From the NCBI GenBank assembly GCA_964252035.1, contig OZ176206.1: 64,000 bases of DNA, one strand, 5' to 3'. This stretch comes from Podarcis erhardii (lineage: Eukaryota). The position numbers and the translations under genes are program-made. The notes beneath the pieces are model-generated. The model ran no database searches and had not been told where the DNA came from. It saw only the letters and a program-made list of their open reading frames with translations. Each line of letters begins with the position of its first letter. The first letter of the stretch is position 1. Positions 1 to 13,200 of this stretch are shown here, in pieces.

Positions 1-200
1 CTATCCCACCTTTTCATCCAAGTAATTTAAGGTGGTGTACGTGGTTCTCCCTCACCTCATTTAATTCTCACAACAACCCTGTGAGGTAGGTTAGGCTGAG
101 AGGCAGAAACTGGCCCAAAGTCACCTAGGCAGCTTCATAGCCGAGTGCAAATATGAACCCCAATCTCCTAGTCCAACGCTCACCACTACACCATGTTGAC
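1..200 (-). mobile_element. MIR-like squamate SINE (Squam3-type), partial
   Basis: Contains CACAACAACCCTGTGAGGTAGGTTAGGCTGAGAG...TGGCCCAAAGTCACC...GAACCCC; a related copy lies at ~35935-36110. Family name recalled. Confidence 0.7.
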
Positions 201-703
201 TCTCAGTATGCTGGGTGCACCTTGTGGGCGCATGGATAGCAGAGGTCTCCCTGTATGCTCAGAGTGGGGGTCCCATACAGACTTCCACCTCTCCTGTGTC
301 CAAAAGGTGGCCAGTTCAAGTCAGCCACACCCCACCAAAATGCCTAGGGAGGGGGGTTTCATTTATTTGGCCACCAGTGTGTTCTAGTAGTGAGTTGCCA
401 GAAATCTTAGCCTTTGTGCTGCGGCTGAATCATTTCCTAGCTATAGATTTCACCTATTGAGAGCTTTTTGCACATGGGCATTTCTGCCAACTTTACTTTC
501 AGCCATGTTGGAAGGGGTGCATTTATTCCCACAAACTAAGGGATCAGAGTGAACTGAGGGTCTGATGCATTCCCACTCCATGTTTCTCTTCACAGTAGAT
601 GTTAAACTACCCCAGGTGGCTACACAGAGCAGGGTTTATTTAAACTATTTTTACCCCACACTTTAGCTGAAAGTGCTCCCAGAGCAGCTAACAAAAATCA
701 GTA

Positions 704-945
704 CAGTGGTACTTTGGGTTAAGTACTTAATTCGTTCCGGAGGTCCGTTCTTAACCTGAAACTGTTCTTAACCTGAAGCACCACTTTAGCTAATGGGGCC
801 TCCTGCTGCCACTGCGCCGCCGCTGCACGATTTTTGTTCTTATCCTGAAGCAAAGTTCTTAACCCGAGGTACTATTTCTGGGTTAGCAGAGTCTGTAACC
901 TGAAGCGTATGTAACCTGAAGCGTATGTAACCCGAGGTACCACTG
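704..945. mobile_element. Tc1/mariner-type MITE
   Basis: 18-bp TIR CAGTGGTACTTTGGGTTA / TAACCCGAGGTACCACTG (2 mismatches), TA at 702-703 and 946-947, internal GTAACCTGAAGCGTAT tandem. Confidence 0.9.
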
Positions 946-947
946 TA

Positions 948-1106
948 CAGTCGAACCTCCATTTTACATAACCCAACTTCGGGATGCACGCGTGGCAAAC
1001 CCGGAAGTATTTTACTGGGTTTCGCCCCCGCGCATGTGCAGAAGCGGACCTCGGGATCCGACCAGACCTCCGGAACGGATCCAATCTGCAACCGGAGGTA
1101 CCACTG
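948..1106. mobile_element. Second Tc1/mariner-type MITE abutting the first
   Basis: TIR CAGTCGAACCTCC / GGAGGTACCACTG, TA at 946-947 and 1107-1108. Confidence 0.85.
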
Positions 1107-1209
1107 TAGTAAGAAACTCAGACTTACTATCTCAAAATATGTTGCACGTGAGGGAAATTAATATATAAATAAAAACAAACATTCCCTTTTCCCAGGCCTT
1201 TGCTAATTA

Positions 1210-1468
1210 CCATATTTTTTGCTCTATAAGACTCACTTTTTCCCTCCTAAAAAGTAATGGAAAATTTGTGTGCGTCTTATGGAGCGAATGCAGGCTGCAC
1301 AGCTATCCCAGAAGCCAGAACAGCAAGAGGTATTGCTGCTTTCACTGTGCAGCGATCCCTCTTGCTGTTCTGGCTTCTGAGATTCAGAATATTTTTTTTC
1401 TTGTTTTCCTCCTCCCAAAACTAGGTGCGTCTTGTGGTCTGGTGCGTCTTATAGAGCAAAAAATACGG
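1210..1468. mobile_element. TA-flanked MITE (mariner/pogo-like)
   Basis: 23-bp TIR CCATATTTTTTGCTCTATAAGAC / GTCTTATAGAGCAAAAAATACGG (1 mismatch), TA on both sides, internal hairpin AGAAGCCAGAACAGCAAGAGG...CCTCTTGCTGTTCTGGCTTCT. Confidence 0.9.
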
Positions 1469-2888
1469 TAAATAATCTATGGCCTTTTAAACAATGTGAG
1501 GTATTTTTATTTTGTTCGTTTCTTACAATGTTATGCATTTTTGTGTTTTTACATTGTAAACGGCCCTGTTACTCTCAAATGCAGGGCAATATAGAAATAT
1601 AATAATGATAATCAGTAAATAATAATAAGAGATCGGGGGGAGAGAGAGAAAGCAAGTGCTTAAAAGTTGCAGTTCTACAAATGTTGGTGTGAGGGGGCTG
1701 TCCAAAACTTGGAGATACTAACGAAAAGGGGTGCCAACCCCATGAAGGATGTTACCATTGCTTAGTTCTTTTCTAGTTTTGTTTTTTCTCCCTCTGGACT
1801 GCTCAGGCCATGGATAAATGGTGGGATCCCACCCAACCTTCAGGATACAGCTTCTGATATGCGGGGGGGGGGGGGGGCAGGACCAGCTGCCTTATGACTC
1901 CCCCCCCCCTTGCAACTGAGCATTCTCTGTTATTTGCTCCATCTTGGCCTGGATGGGCCTGGGACCTGCTTCTTCTTCCTGCCTGTTTTATCGAACTGGA
2001 AGCCCTGAGAGACCTTACCTGAACAGCCACCCACTCCTTGCATTGCTCTCCTTGTTCCAGTTTAACAGACCATTTCCTGGCTGTTACTGTGACCCCTCCC
2101 TCCCGCCTTTGGCCCCTGGCCATTGGAAACAATTGACTGTGACCGGTGGAGGAATTTGCCACACAAAATGACTTCCTCTCGAAGAGGAAAAAGCTTTCAG
2201 CCTCCCTTGATAGGATTGTGATTATGGTTCCATGACTTGCAATCGGCATTTCCGTAATGTTTTATTCCCAACATTTATTAAGCTGAAATTTCTGTGTGTG
2301 TATAAGGGAGTGGGGGATTTTTGGAAGTTCCACCCTTGTTTCCTACCGTGGAACCAGATGCTGGCGATTTGTTAGGAGTGTTTGGTGGTCGGCCACAGGG
2401 CAGGGCTGGGAACTAGCTGGGTGCTGGGAAAATCAGGAGGCTTGTGTTAGCTACAGCCCCCTACTAAGACACACACCAGCTCCCCTGCAAGGGACAGGAG
2501 ATGCTCAAAAACCCTGTCCATCCCAGTGGAGCTTCCAGGAGAAAAAGTCCCACGTCTTACACAGCCTTTCTTATTCCCACACTGGATGGAGCTGTTCGGA
2601 TTCACAGTCTGAGACATCTGAAGGGCACCAAGTTGGGGAAAGCTGCCTCATATGCTGGGCTGGTGGTGGTGCTGCTTTTAGCAGGTGCTCCAGGGAAGTT
2701 ATTGACCCACATGGGGCCAAAATAAAAGACTGGGAGATAAGAATATATCAATGAGAGTCTGAAGCCAAGGATTAGCAGAAAGAAGCCAAGGAAGTGTGGG
2801 GGAAATGAGAATACCTGCCTGGCAGGATTTAACCATTTCTATGACGTAGTCTGCAAACTCACCACTTGGGGGCAGTAAGCCCGGTGAA

Positions 2889-3265
2889 GTAGTAGTAGTA
2901 GCAGCAGCAGCAGCAGTAGCAGTACAGTAATTTATTATTTAAACCCTGCCCATCTGGCTGGGTTTCCCCTGCCACTCTGGGCAGCTCCCAATAGAAGATT
3001 AAAAACACAATAAAACATCAAACATTAAAAACTTCCCTAAACAGGGCTGCCTTCAGATGTTTTCTAAAAGTCAGGTAGTTGTTTATTTCCTTGATATCTG
3101 ATGGGAGGGCATTCCACAGGGCGGGCGCCACTACCGAGAAGGCCCTCTGCCTGCTTCCTGGTAACCTCACTTCTTGCAGTGAGGGAGCCGCCAGAAGACT
3201 CTTGGAGCTGGACCTCAGTGTCTGGGCTGAACGATGGGGGTGGAAGCGTTCCTTCAGGTATACTG
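2889..3265 (-). mobile_element. L2 LINE 3' fragment with microsatellite tail
   Basis: Encodes ...RQRAFSVVAPALWNALP...HLKAALFREVFNV, same family as the copy at 56934-58268; tail of TAG/CAG triplets at ~2889-2925. Confidence 0.9.
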
Positions 3266-3976
3266 GGCACCTGGACATTGTATCTGGGCATTCTCTGGTG
3301 CATGGTTGGTGGGGACTGTTCTGACACTCACAAGTGGAACCTCTGCAACTAGGAGGCTGGGGCAGGTGGCTCAACCCTTCCTGCTTTGATGGGAGTTTTA
3401 ACTCCTGGGGTGCTGAGCCCAGTGCCCTATCAGTCCTGGCCCCTATCCATTTGCCTCCTGTCCCAAAGAGAGAAAGTCAAGGAAAGAGAGCAGGGAGAAG
3501 CTCCACCAAAAGGCACCATTCCAGTGATGGCTGCTCTCCCCCTCCTCGTGTTGGATCAATACTCAAAAGCTGACCATGCCACTTATCTGTTGGCAGGAAT
3601 CTGTGTTACCCTCCTGCCAAGGCATCTGGGAGCCCAGGATGGCAAGGGATTCACTGGAAGGGATGAAGACTAACATTAAGGAAAAGAGCCTGCCATGAAT
3701 CAGGGCTCAAGGGAAGACGCCGGGAATGCCAAGTGCATCTTGGGCCCAAAACTCAGGCTTATTCAGTGCTCTAGACTCCCATCCACTCTACATTATTCTA
3801 ATAATTAGCTCCTAGCTTTTCTGCTAACAGCAGCATGTATGGAAATTGCCAGAAGCTGGACAACAGGAACAGGTCTTAACATTAACTCCTAGAGTGTGGT
3901 CAATAGCATTGGCCAAGAAGCTGGCCTGTCAAGTCAGAGCAGCTAGTAACAAACACAATCCATTCTCATTCTATAA

Positions 3977-4336
3977 AGGTAAAGGTACCCCTGACCATTA
4001 GGTCCAGTCGTGGACGATTCTGGGGTTGCACGCTCATCTCGCTCTATAGGCCGAGGGAGCCGGTGTTCGTCCGCAGACAGCTTCCTGGTCATGTGGCCAG
4101 CATGACTAAGCCGCTTCTGGCAAACCAGAGCAGCACACGGAAACGCCGTTTACCTTCCTGCCGGAGCGGTACCTATTTATCTACTTGCACTTTGACATGC
4201 TTTCGAACTGCTAGGTGGGCAGGAGCAGGGACCGAGCAATGGGAGCTCACCCCATCATTGGGATTTGAACTGCCTACCTTCCAATTGGCAAGCCATAGGC
4301 TCTGTAGTTTACACCACAACTCCACCCAGGTCCCAT
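3977..4336 (-). mobile_element. Sauria SINE, near full length, with 14-bp TSD
   Basis: AAGGTAAAGGTACCCCTG...GTACCTATTTATCTACTTGCAC...GGGATTTGAACTGCC; TTCTCATTCTATAA at 3963-3976 and 4337-4350. Confidence 0.9.
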
Positions 4337-6289
4337 TTCTCATTCTATAATACATGGCAAATATTTATTGAGTGCCTGAATCATTTAGACCATGTAAGGA
4401 AGCCACCTGATGCTCATGGGAAAACATGGCAAGACCGTTTAGAATAATTGAATGAAACTTTGTTATAATGCATGATACACATCTGTACATATAAGAGGAC
4501 AAGCTTGGGGTGGTTGTTGTTGGACAATTTATTTTATTGTTGTTGCTGTAATTTGAAAAAATAAATAAAAACATTTATAAAAACAGAATGCCAAACTGGG
4601 CCTGGTCAGGACTCCACTCCTCAGGTGGAGGCAGGAGTAGCTGCCCAGAGGAAGCTGTAGTCCCTGAGCCTGGGTTTGCTGGTAGCTGGAGCAACATTCC
4701 AGCCTGCCTCTCGACTCCATTTGGAGCTCTCCAGGGTTCTAAACATCTTGCTTGCTTGCCTTTTGGACCTTGACCTCTGCTTTGCCTGACCTTGTTTATC
4801 TGGATTTCCCACCCTGCGTTATATGACCTTACCTTGCAAGCCTTTGCTAGACCTGACTTGGTTTGCTTGATCCCAGATTGGGACTAGTGGTAGATGGCCT
4901 GCAGTTCTAGAAAACTGTATATAGCACACCCACCCATTTGGGTTCAAGCAATGCCCACTACGTGGGACAGTACAGACTGGAAGGGGTGATGCACCACTTA
5001 TTCCCAGGGGCCGTGTGTCATAAAAACTACATTTCACCACCCAGCTGTCTTGTTGAGTTTCCTGGGGAATGGGTGCACCACATGGGAGGGTCAGTTTCAT
5101 GAGCTGCCTTTGAAAAATGTGGTTCCATATTGGAGTGGGTGTTGAAAGAGTGGACTAGGGACATCATCTGGTCAATGAATCTGGATTAGAAGGTAGGCAG
5201 TTTAGGCACGAGTTTGCCACTCACACAAGCTCAAGTGATTTGTTGGCACCACAAAAGGCTGAGGGCCCTTTTTCCAATATGACCTATTTAGATTGTACAA
5301 AAGGCACAGCACAGCAACACTGAACTCGTAGCACTCAGCTTGTTGACTGAGAAGACAAGTATCCACCCCAGAAAAATTGTTCCTGAACAGCTACAGGAAT
5401 TAGCCTTTTAAACTATACCTGCATATTGGTGCCACCTGGGATTGGCAACGAAGGGCCTCGGAACCTGGCACCACAGAAGGGAGGGGGTGACAAGTGCAAT
5501 GCTGGCAGACCGAACTGTTGTGGGTGGGTTAAAGGGTTTCTTTTTGGTAAGAGAGACTGAAGGACAAGTGCAGTCAGATGGGTTGGGGTCATGGGGGGGG
5601 GGGGCAAAAGAGAATGCTGATTTCAAGGCTCAGGATTGTTTTAGGGACCCAACATCATGCCTGCTTCTTGAAGACAGGCTCGAAGCTGGGCATCACTCCG
5701 TTGGCCAAAATCAAGGGGTGGTCTCAAGGCTTGGCATCTCTTCCTGGCATTAGGCCCCTCTCCCCACCACACGGTTTGGGAATCCACCTGGGTGAGGATG
5801 TGGCTGGCACTAGAAGAGGCCAACCAGGGGCTCCAGAGGGTGCAATGGTTCAAGGACTAGATGGCCTGTGTGTGTGCCAGGGGTTGCCAAGAGGCCTCTG
5901 GGGTCTGAAGGGTGCCAGTGCCAGGATCATTACAGGCAAAGCCAGAGTTGTCGGAAGCGCAGAGGAGGCTAGTGGGGGCCTCTCTCCAGCAAGCCCTGCA
6001 ACTTGGAGCAGGAGCCGGAACCCCAAACTGAGGAGGCTAAGGACAGGCTTTGCAGGACCACAGCCTGGAGTGCTGGAGGCAGGTGGAGGCTGGGGGACCA
6101 AGCAAGGCCGCCGGGACCGGGCAAGCAGAGAGAACAGCATGAGCAACAGGGGCTCCCCGAGTCTCCCGGGCAGGGGGATTCTCCGACCCTGGGGCAACGA
6201 GGCCTCTTCCAGGTGTGCCTGGGACGGGCCTCTCTCTGGCCTCCTTTAGCACAGCCTCTAGCCAGGATGAAGGCGCAGCCGTCCCAAGC

Positions 6290-7250
6290 GAACCCAGGCA
6301 TCGCGGGGAGTAAGGGGCACGATCCACCCCGCTCCCGAGGCCCTGAGGGGCGGTCGGGGGGCGCCTCTGGAGCGGAGGCCGGGAGCTGATCTCCCCGCTA
6401 CCTCCGCTTTGCTCCTGGGAGGCCGCGGGGCCTTGGGAGCCGGAGCAGTCTGCGAAGCCCGCGAAGCGAGGCGGGGCGGTGGGCGGAGGGGGGATCAGGT
6501 TACAGGGCCGGCCTGGCTGGCTCTGCGGCTGCGGGCCGGGCTCAGCTGGGCGCCTCCAGCAGCAGCAGCAGTGCCGGGAAGCGCCTGCCGCCGCCGGCGG
6601 CCGCAGCGTCGTCAACAACAACGGCCATGGTGAGTCGCGCCCGAGGGGGCGGCAGCGCGCGCAAGGCTGATGGCTCCTATGAGCATGTGCAGAGTGCCTC
6701 GGGGAGAGGAGCGGGCCGAGCCTGGTGCTCCAGCTCCGCAGGGGAAGCGGGAGCCGAACTTTGCCGGCTGGCTGACGAAGACCATCTCGGAGGCGCCCGA
6801 GCTTTGGGGCCGCCGAGGTTCCTTTGAGCATAGAACTGGGGTCGGAGTGCCTTGCCCGAAGCAGCTTCGAGGGCAGTTGCTGCGCCCGACCCCATCTACC
6901 AATCCATCGCTGCTCTTCGCCGTTTCTCAGTGTTTACGAAGCGCTGGAGGAGGCCGAGATCCCTCCAGGTGGGAAGCGAGCCGGCGGCCTCCCGGCTCAG
7001 GTGGCACAGATCCCCGGAGGGAGGGAGGGAGGGGTGGACGGCGGAGCCTCCGTCTTCGGAGGCAGCCCGCCTCTCCAGGATGCCGGAGCTGCAGAGTGAC
7101 CTTCCTGCCCTGCTCCTCTTGGGCAGCTGGCGGGAAGGACCAAGGGGGCCCCTGGGATGAGCCCCATCTCTCTTAGGCACCTTTTCTAGCGCACCTGGCT
7201 AACCCTCCTTGCGGAAAAGTCACCGCGCGGCACATTTCAAAGAGCGCAAT
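6290..7250 (+). promoter_or_regulatory. PLEKHG4: CpG island promoter of PLEKHG4
   Basis: Only strongly CpG-rich stretch in the window; GC boxes (GGGCGG) at ~6470-6490; contains GGCCATG|GTGAGT. Confidence 0.85.
6627..6629 (+). CDS. PLEKHG4: Exon 1 coding part: ATG only
   Basis: ACGGCCATG|GTGAGT in the CpG island; phase 0 joins exon 2 to give MDSQSLD..., resembling the family N-terminus. Confidence 0.75.
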
Positions 7251-10200
7251 TTGAGAAGGGGAAAGAGCAGTTTTCCAGCTTGAAACTGGTGCCACCGCGG
7301 GCAAGGCACGGTCCATGGAAACAGGCTCCCTGCCATTGCAAACTGGTCTGAAAGTGGAAATGACTTTCAGGAATGTGTTCCATTGTAGGGTGCAGTAATT
7401 GTTAAAGTTTTGGAGTCCCAGGTTCAAAACCTCCCCAAACTATGACCCTTGAGGCCGGCCACCAGCTCTGCTACCTGGTAACGATAAAGGTTGCAGGACC
7501 CCATGTACACAGCCACCAGTTTGCAGCTGAAAGGTGCCAAGTAATATTTCAGCACAAGCAAGTGAAAAACTTCAGTCTTTCAGCACCTGCTGAACTAATA
7601 ATGAGATTTTAAAAGTTGAAAAAAATTGCTATAGTTTCAGCCAATAAACAAATAACTTTAAGGACATGCATTTTTTCATTCTGCATAAACACAGAGAACC
7701 AAACATGATAGAACGATGAGGTTAGGCTTTCCAGAATTCTTTAATGAGATTTCCTCCATTCCCAGGGAATTTGAGCAGCTGACCCTGTTTACTTGCCTGT
7801 CTGTACTAAGAAGGAGGAGGGGGTCTTGAGACCCTCCGTCTGCTCCTGTCCTCAGCCATCCATCCTAGCAAAGGAAGGGCTATCGTTTTCATCTTGAGTC
7901 CCCAGCAGGGAAAATGGTAGGGTATAAATAAATATATAATAATTATAATAATAGTAGCAGCACAGTGCTTAAAGCTCCCTGCTTGTAAAACCCTGGAGAG
8001 CAGCAGCTGCTGCTGCTGCTGCTGCCAGTCAGTGTCAACTACACTAATCTAGATGGGTAAATGCACTGACTCAATACAAGGCAGCTTCTGAAGGGAATGT
8101 GGAAGGATACCTGTGTCTCAGTCTGTGTATTGGTTTGCAAAGTAGTTTCTCATCAAAATGCAAACAAAACTCTCGACCCCACTCCCCACAGAGAATAATT
8201 TTTACTTATAGCAACCAATTCCTAGCCAGCATTTCTTGTGTCCCTGCTCAGTTGGAGCAGAAAAACAAGTCTGCATGGACTGGAAAAGACCTCCCATCTT
8301 CGTGTCTTGTCTCTGATTTTGCGTGTGTCCTGGCTGGAAAGGGTCTTTGACACAGGGCGGGAGGGCTTCTTCTTGAACTTTGGGTTGCCTTTTCTTTGGG
8401 GTGTTGGTGCTGGTGGGGGTGGCAGGCAGCTCCTTTTCTTGGCCTGCAACCTGGCCTCAGGAGGCTTTCTCCAGCATCTGCATGCTGTCTGTGGGATCCT
8501 GGTCACAGTGTTTGCCTACAACTCATCTCTAATTAAAACAAAATACTGTAGGGGCTAACTTTGCATAGTTATTCTGCATTCCTCCTGGCAAAAATAACTA
8601 ACAGGCTTGCAGCACCTTAAAGACAAACAAATTTATTATGGCATAAATATTTGTGGAACAGAGGCTATTTTGTCAGATGCAAGGAGGGTAAGTCTTAGCT
8701 GGCAGGGATGGGTGTTGAGATCAAATGGTAAAAACTGGAGATCAAATGGGAAAGAAATGCAAAAGGTATGCAGATTGTGAACATTCAGTTTAATCTTAAA
8801 TGTATGCAAAATAACCCCAGTGAACAACAACAACCGTCTGTGATGACACAGTCATCCCCGCATTGTTGACTGTTTGCACCTGTAGTGGGACAGGCGTCCT
8901 CTCATATTCCTTTTATTGAAAAACGTCAGCTTCCTCAGGGCAGGAAATGGGACTGAACCCTCACCCAGGTTTGCTGCTGAGTAAATCTTGAGATTTCAGA
9001 GACACAAGCCAAGGCCACAATGGTCCTTGTACAAGAAGCAGAAGAAACAAATGAGCTCATTCGAAATGATTTTTAATTGCCTCCTGCCATCCGAGCACAA
9101 GGCTGCTGAAATGCAGGGTAGGGGGTGGATGCTGTTTTGTTCCATTTCCCCAATGTGCCCTTTCAAGAGCACAGACATGGATGAGAAAATGAAGCCCTTT
9201 AACTCTATGCCCACCATATGGACTGAAGGCGTGAGCACAATGCCCCAGTCATCCCGCTCCCTGGGAATGCTTGGCCTTTGAGCACAGGGCAAAGGCGTCT
9301 GCAGGGAGGCCTGCACACATTTTGCCCGTCTCTCCAATCTTCACAAGGAAATCACTTTGCCCTTGCAAAGTGCTCCTTTCTTTCCGCCCACGGAGCTCAA
9401 ATGCATGAACTGGAGTCCCAGTCCCAGTGGAATGCTGGGGCCACCCTCGGAAGCGGAACTGCATCTTCTCGCCTTGCTGGCTTTTTCGCTTGGCCTTCCA
9501 TGGCGGCTGGACAAACTGAAATCATTAGGCAAAATGCCTTCTCCTGGTATGCAGACAAGTGATGCTCTGGAAAAAAGTAACAAGTAGAGTGAAGTGCTGC
9601 AGGCTTCTGTCCTGTCCTGTCCAACATCTTTATAAATGACTGTTCTCATAGAGATGCCAATGGGAAGCACACAAGCAGGATCTGAGCACAACAGCATCCT
9701 GCCCACTTGTGATTCCCAGTAACTGGGATTCAGAGGCATATTGCCTTGGGCAGGGGAGCCAGAGCGTGGCCATTGTGGCTAGTAACCGTTGAAAGCCTTA
9801 TTCCCAATGAATTTGTCTAATCCTATTTTCAAGTCATCCAAGTGGAAGGGACGTTCCATAGTTTAACTTCATTGCATGAAGAAATACTTTCTTTTACGTG
9901 TCCTGCATCTTCCAGCATTCAGCTAAATTGGACATCCGTGAGTTCTAGTGTTACGAGAGAGGGAGAAAAACTTTTCTCTAACCACTTTCTCCGCTCCATG
10001 CATAATTTTATTTGCCTCCGCCACGTCACCTCTTCTTCGTCTTTTCTGTCAACTAAAAAGGCTCAAACACTGCAACCTTTTCTCAGAGAGGAATCTCTCT
10101 ATCATCTTGGTCATTTTGGTTGCCCTTTTCTGCAACCTTTTCAACTCAGCAATATCCTTTTGAGGTGAAGCGACCAGAATTTTACACAGTATTGCAAATG

Positions 10201-13200
10201 CGGTCACACCATAAATTTGTGTAATGGCATTATGATATCAGCTGTTTTATTTTCAGTTCTTTTCCCAATCGTCCCTAAGCATGGAATTCACCTTTTTCAT
10301 AGTGGTTCCTATTTTTCTTGTGCAGCAGGTGGTACTTTCTCTTTGGGAGCATTCAGGTTGTGGTGGCTGGTGTTTTGAGGGTGGGCACTTGCTCTTGGGG
10401 GTTAATCAAGGCAGACATGATTTAATTATTTGCAATATTTACACCCCACATTCTGCCTAACAGCAGGCCTCCCAGTAAAAACTGATAAATAATAACATAA
10501 TAATAAGAAACAAAATGTTGCTGTGTTGGACCACAAGAGGAAAAAACCTATTAAAAAAACTATTAGGCCAAACCATAATAAGATCTGTAGATGTTTTGTG
10601 GTTGATGGGAATTGTAGTCAAAACATATGAAGGGCACCAAGTTGGCAAAGACTGCCTTAGGTTGCTGCTGCTGCAGGTGATTGGCTTCCCCTGGGTTTGA
10701 GGGCATGTGAGCTGCTTGTGCAACTAAGCTGCACCCACACAACTGCACCAGTCCAGCTACACTACAGAGTCACTGCTGGGAAGAAATCCATAGCTGTCAA
10801 CTTTTCCCTTTTCTTGCGAAGAATCCTATTCGGAATAAGGGAATTGCCCTTTAAAAAAGGGAAACGTTGACAGCTATGAAAGATATCTAAGCCTTCTGTT
10901 CTGTAAGCTCTGCAGGCACCAAGGAAATGAAACCCCTTTGCCTCCTTAGCATAAGGGAGTTTGGTTTGGCTAGACCCATATGTAGCCCTGTCAGGCTCCT
11001 GCTTCCTTTCTCTCAGGAAGACTCTGCATGTGCTTGCGCTGGCGGATGGGGCTCCCTGCAGTGCCAGGATATCTCTTTTCCAAAGATTTTGATGCAAGCT
11101 GTGCGGTCAGAATTTTGAATGCAGTGCTGCCACTAGATGGTGCCCTTCCGATAGTCTCTAGAGGAGAGAGCTTATTATGAAGATGCACATGGGGCTGATT
11201 TCAGTGGCTAACTGCAATTCTTGAAGTTTTCCGCTTGCTTGAAGGCAGGTTTTTATGTCTGCAAAAGTGAGGTCTTGGTTGCATAGTGAGGTGGCGGGGG
11301 GCGGAGAGATGGAGGGAGGAGGGGAGGGACACATGAACTGGAAAAGCATTCCAGAGCTTTTAGGGCCGCCCTATCGCTTGACAGGGGTCCAGTTTGTGAC
11401 CTACCAATTCAAGCATTGCATAAATCAAAAGCTCACCCCAGAGGTTGCCGGGGGGGGGGAACCTCCTCTTGGGCCTTTAAGCCATGCTGTGCTGTGCTGC
11501 AACAGGTACGCATGCTTAGAAGAGGGACCAGGTCATGACATTTCCTTATCTCATTTCACAGACTGGACTGTGGGGGAGCTCAGCCTGGGGGAGAATGCCC
11601 CCCTTGCTACTTACTTATTGCAGCAGTAGCAGCTGTGGGAAGGGCAAAGGAGGGGCAGGAGCTGCTGTGGCTTCCTCCTCATCTTTGAGGGCAGTGCAGA
11701 GATTTAAATGCACAGGGCAGATTTCTGCAACCTTTCCCATAGTTGCTGGATCTGGGTTTAAAATGTGCATGGGGGATAACTTGCCTTCCTGCCTATCCCT
11801 GACTTAACAGGTAAGACTCAGAGAAAGCTGGGGGTACAAATGGGTGTACATGTACAGTAACTGTGGTGCACGGTGCAGAGTAGGCCTGGAGGGCAGGGCT
11901 GTTGTTTATTTACATAAGTTTACATATCACTCTTCAACCATGAAAGGTTTTCCAGAGTGGCTAGGAATTCCAAAAAATTAAACTATCGCTGTTTCCACAC
12001 TAAGAATTTACTGGGGACTAGCCACACAGTGTTCACTCACATTTTACAGCCATTTACATGATGTAAACAAAACATCCCCGTGTCATATTTTACCTGTTCA
12101 GCTTCTGTTGCTGTTTTTCTTTAGAGCTGAACAGGTAAAACATGCCACAATGATGCATTTCTGTCTGGGAATTGATTCTTAAACCCTTCCTTTTTATATA
12201 GAATCATAGAATTACAGAGTTGGAAGGGACACCAAGGGTCATCTAGTCCAACCCCCTGCAATGCAGGAATCTCAGCTAAAGCATCCATGACAGATGGATA
12301 TAGTATTTAATTTATATCTGTTTCTTCCCCCCATCTTGTAGCAGGGTGAGGCAGTCATGTAGCAAGGTGGAGCGAATAGTAAACTCATCTGCACGCCCCC
12401 CATTGTCCAAACTAATATCAATCTCCCCACTCCACACCCTCATATTTAAGGCAGGGAATGAGACACTGCTCACCTGGCTGCAGCATGTTGTCTGGATTTC
12501 AGAAGTCTGGAAGCAGAGTTGCTGTTCCACTTGCAGCTTAAAGCAGAACAGCAATGATGAGGTGCTGCTCAATTGTCCACATCTGGAAGCCCCCTAAGGC
12601 AGCAATTCAGCACAGTAAAACTTTGAAAGTAGGATAACCTGAGCAGCAGCAGATGTGAAAACTGCTTAACGTCAGTGCAAGTAAGGCAAAGTCATTTATC
12701 AACAGCATCTAAAAAGTTTGGGTAGATTAAAAGGACTTCAGCCTGATACTGGGACGATCACAGAACTCTTTGAGGACCACTGAAAGGCCTCAAAGGCCTC
12801 TCTGGTAGTAGCAATGTGGCAAAGATGGGCCTCTGAAGATGATCTTAAGATCTGGGCAGAAAGTTATGTGGGAGGCATGTGGTAAACCATAGGCACCAAC
12901 TGCACCCAGCAGCACTCTTAAAGGTGAGCCCCACCCTTGGGTGTTCCTTCCAGAGAGACTGACTTCTAGGCCCTGACAGCTCTGCTCCTTCTTAGAAGCC
13001 ACAGTTGCCCAACAGAACTGCCTTTGATGCGGGAATAAGATATGTCAGGTGTTTGATTAGGAAGTTCAATGTTCCTAACTTTCTGGTGCTCTCTTGAGAG
13101 AGATGGAGAGAGAACTGTAGGCATCAGACCCCCTCCCCTGGTAACTCAGGGCTCGGGAACCTCTGGTCTGCAGGCCATACTTGACCTGCCAGGTGTTCAG

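Noticed and set aside
1944-2171. FQFNR peptide resembling the recalled SLC9A5 C-terminus (IQFNRGSRL)
   Set aside because: Flanks do not match and no stop follows; likely chance.
3266-3374. 5' part of the 118-aa minus-strand ORF 3018-3374
   Set aside because: Flanking sequence fortuitously in frame with the truncated L2; not a gene.
4570-4975. Possible solo LTR-like segment
   Set aside because: Only a compositional impression; no clear TG...CA ends, TSD or second copy. Needs a repeat-library search.
5400-7200. Many long overlapping ORFs (223, 264, 168 aa etc.) on both strands
   Set aside because: Expected from GC-rich CpG-island sequence; low-complexity R/G/P/A translations, no recognisable motif or splice structure.
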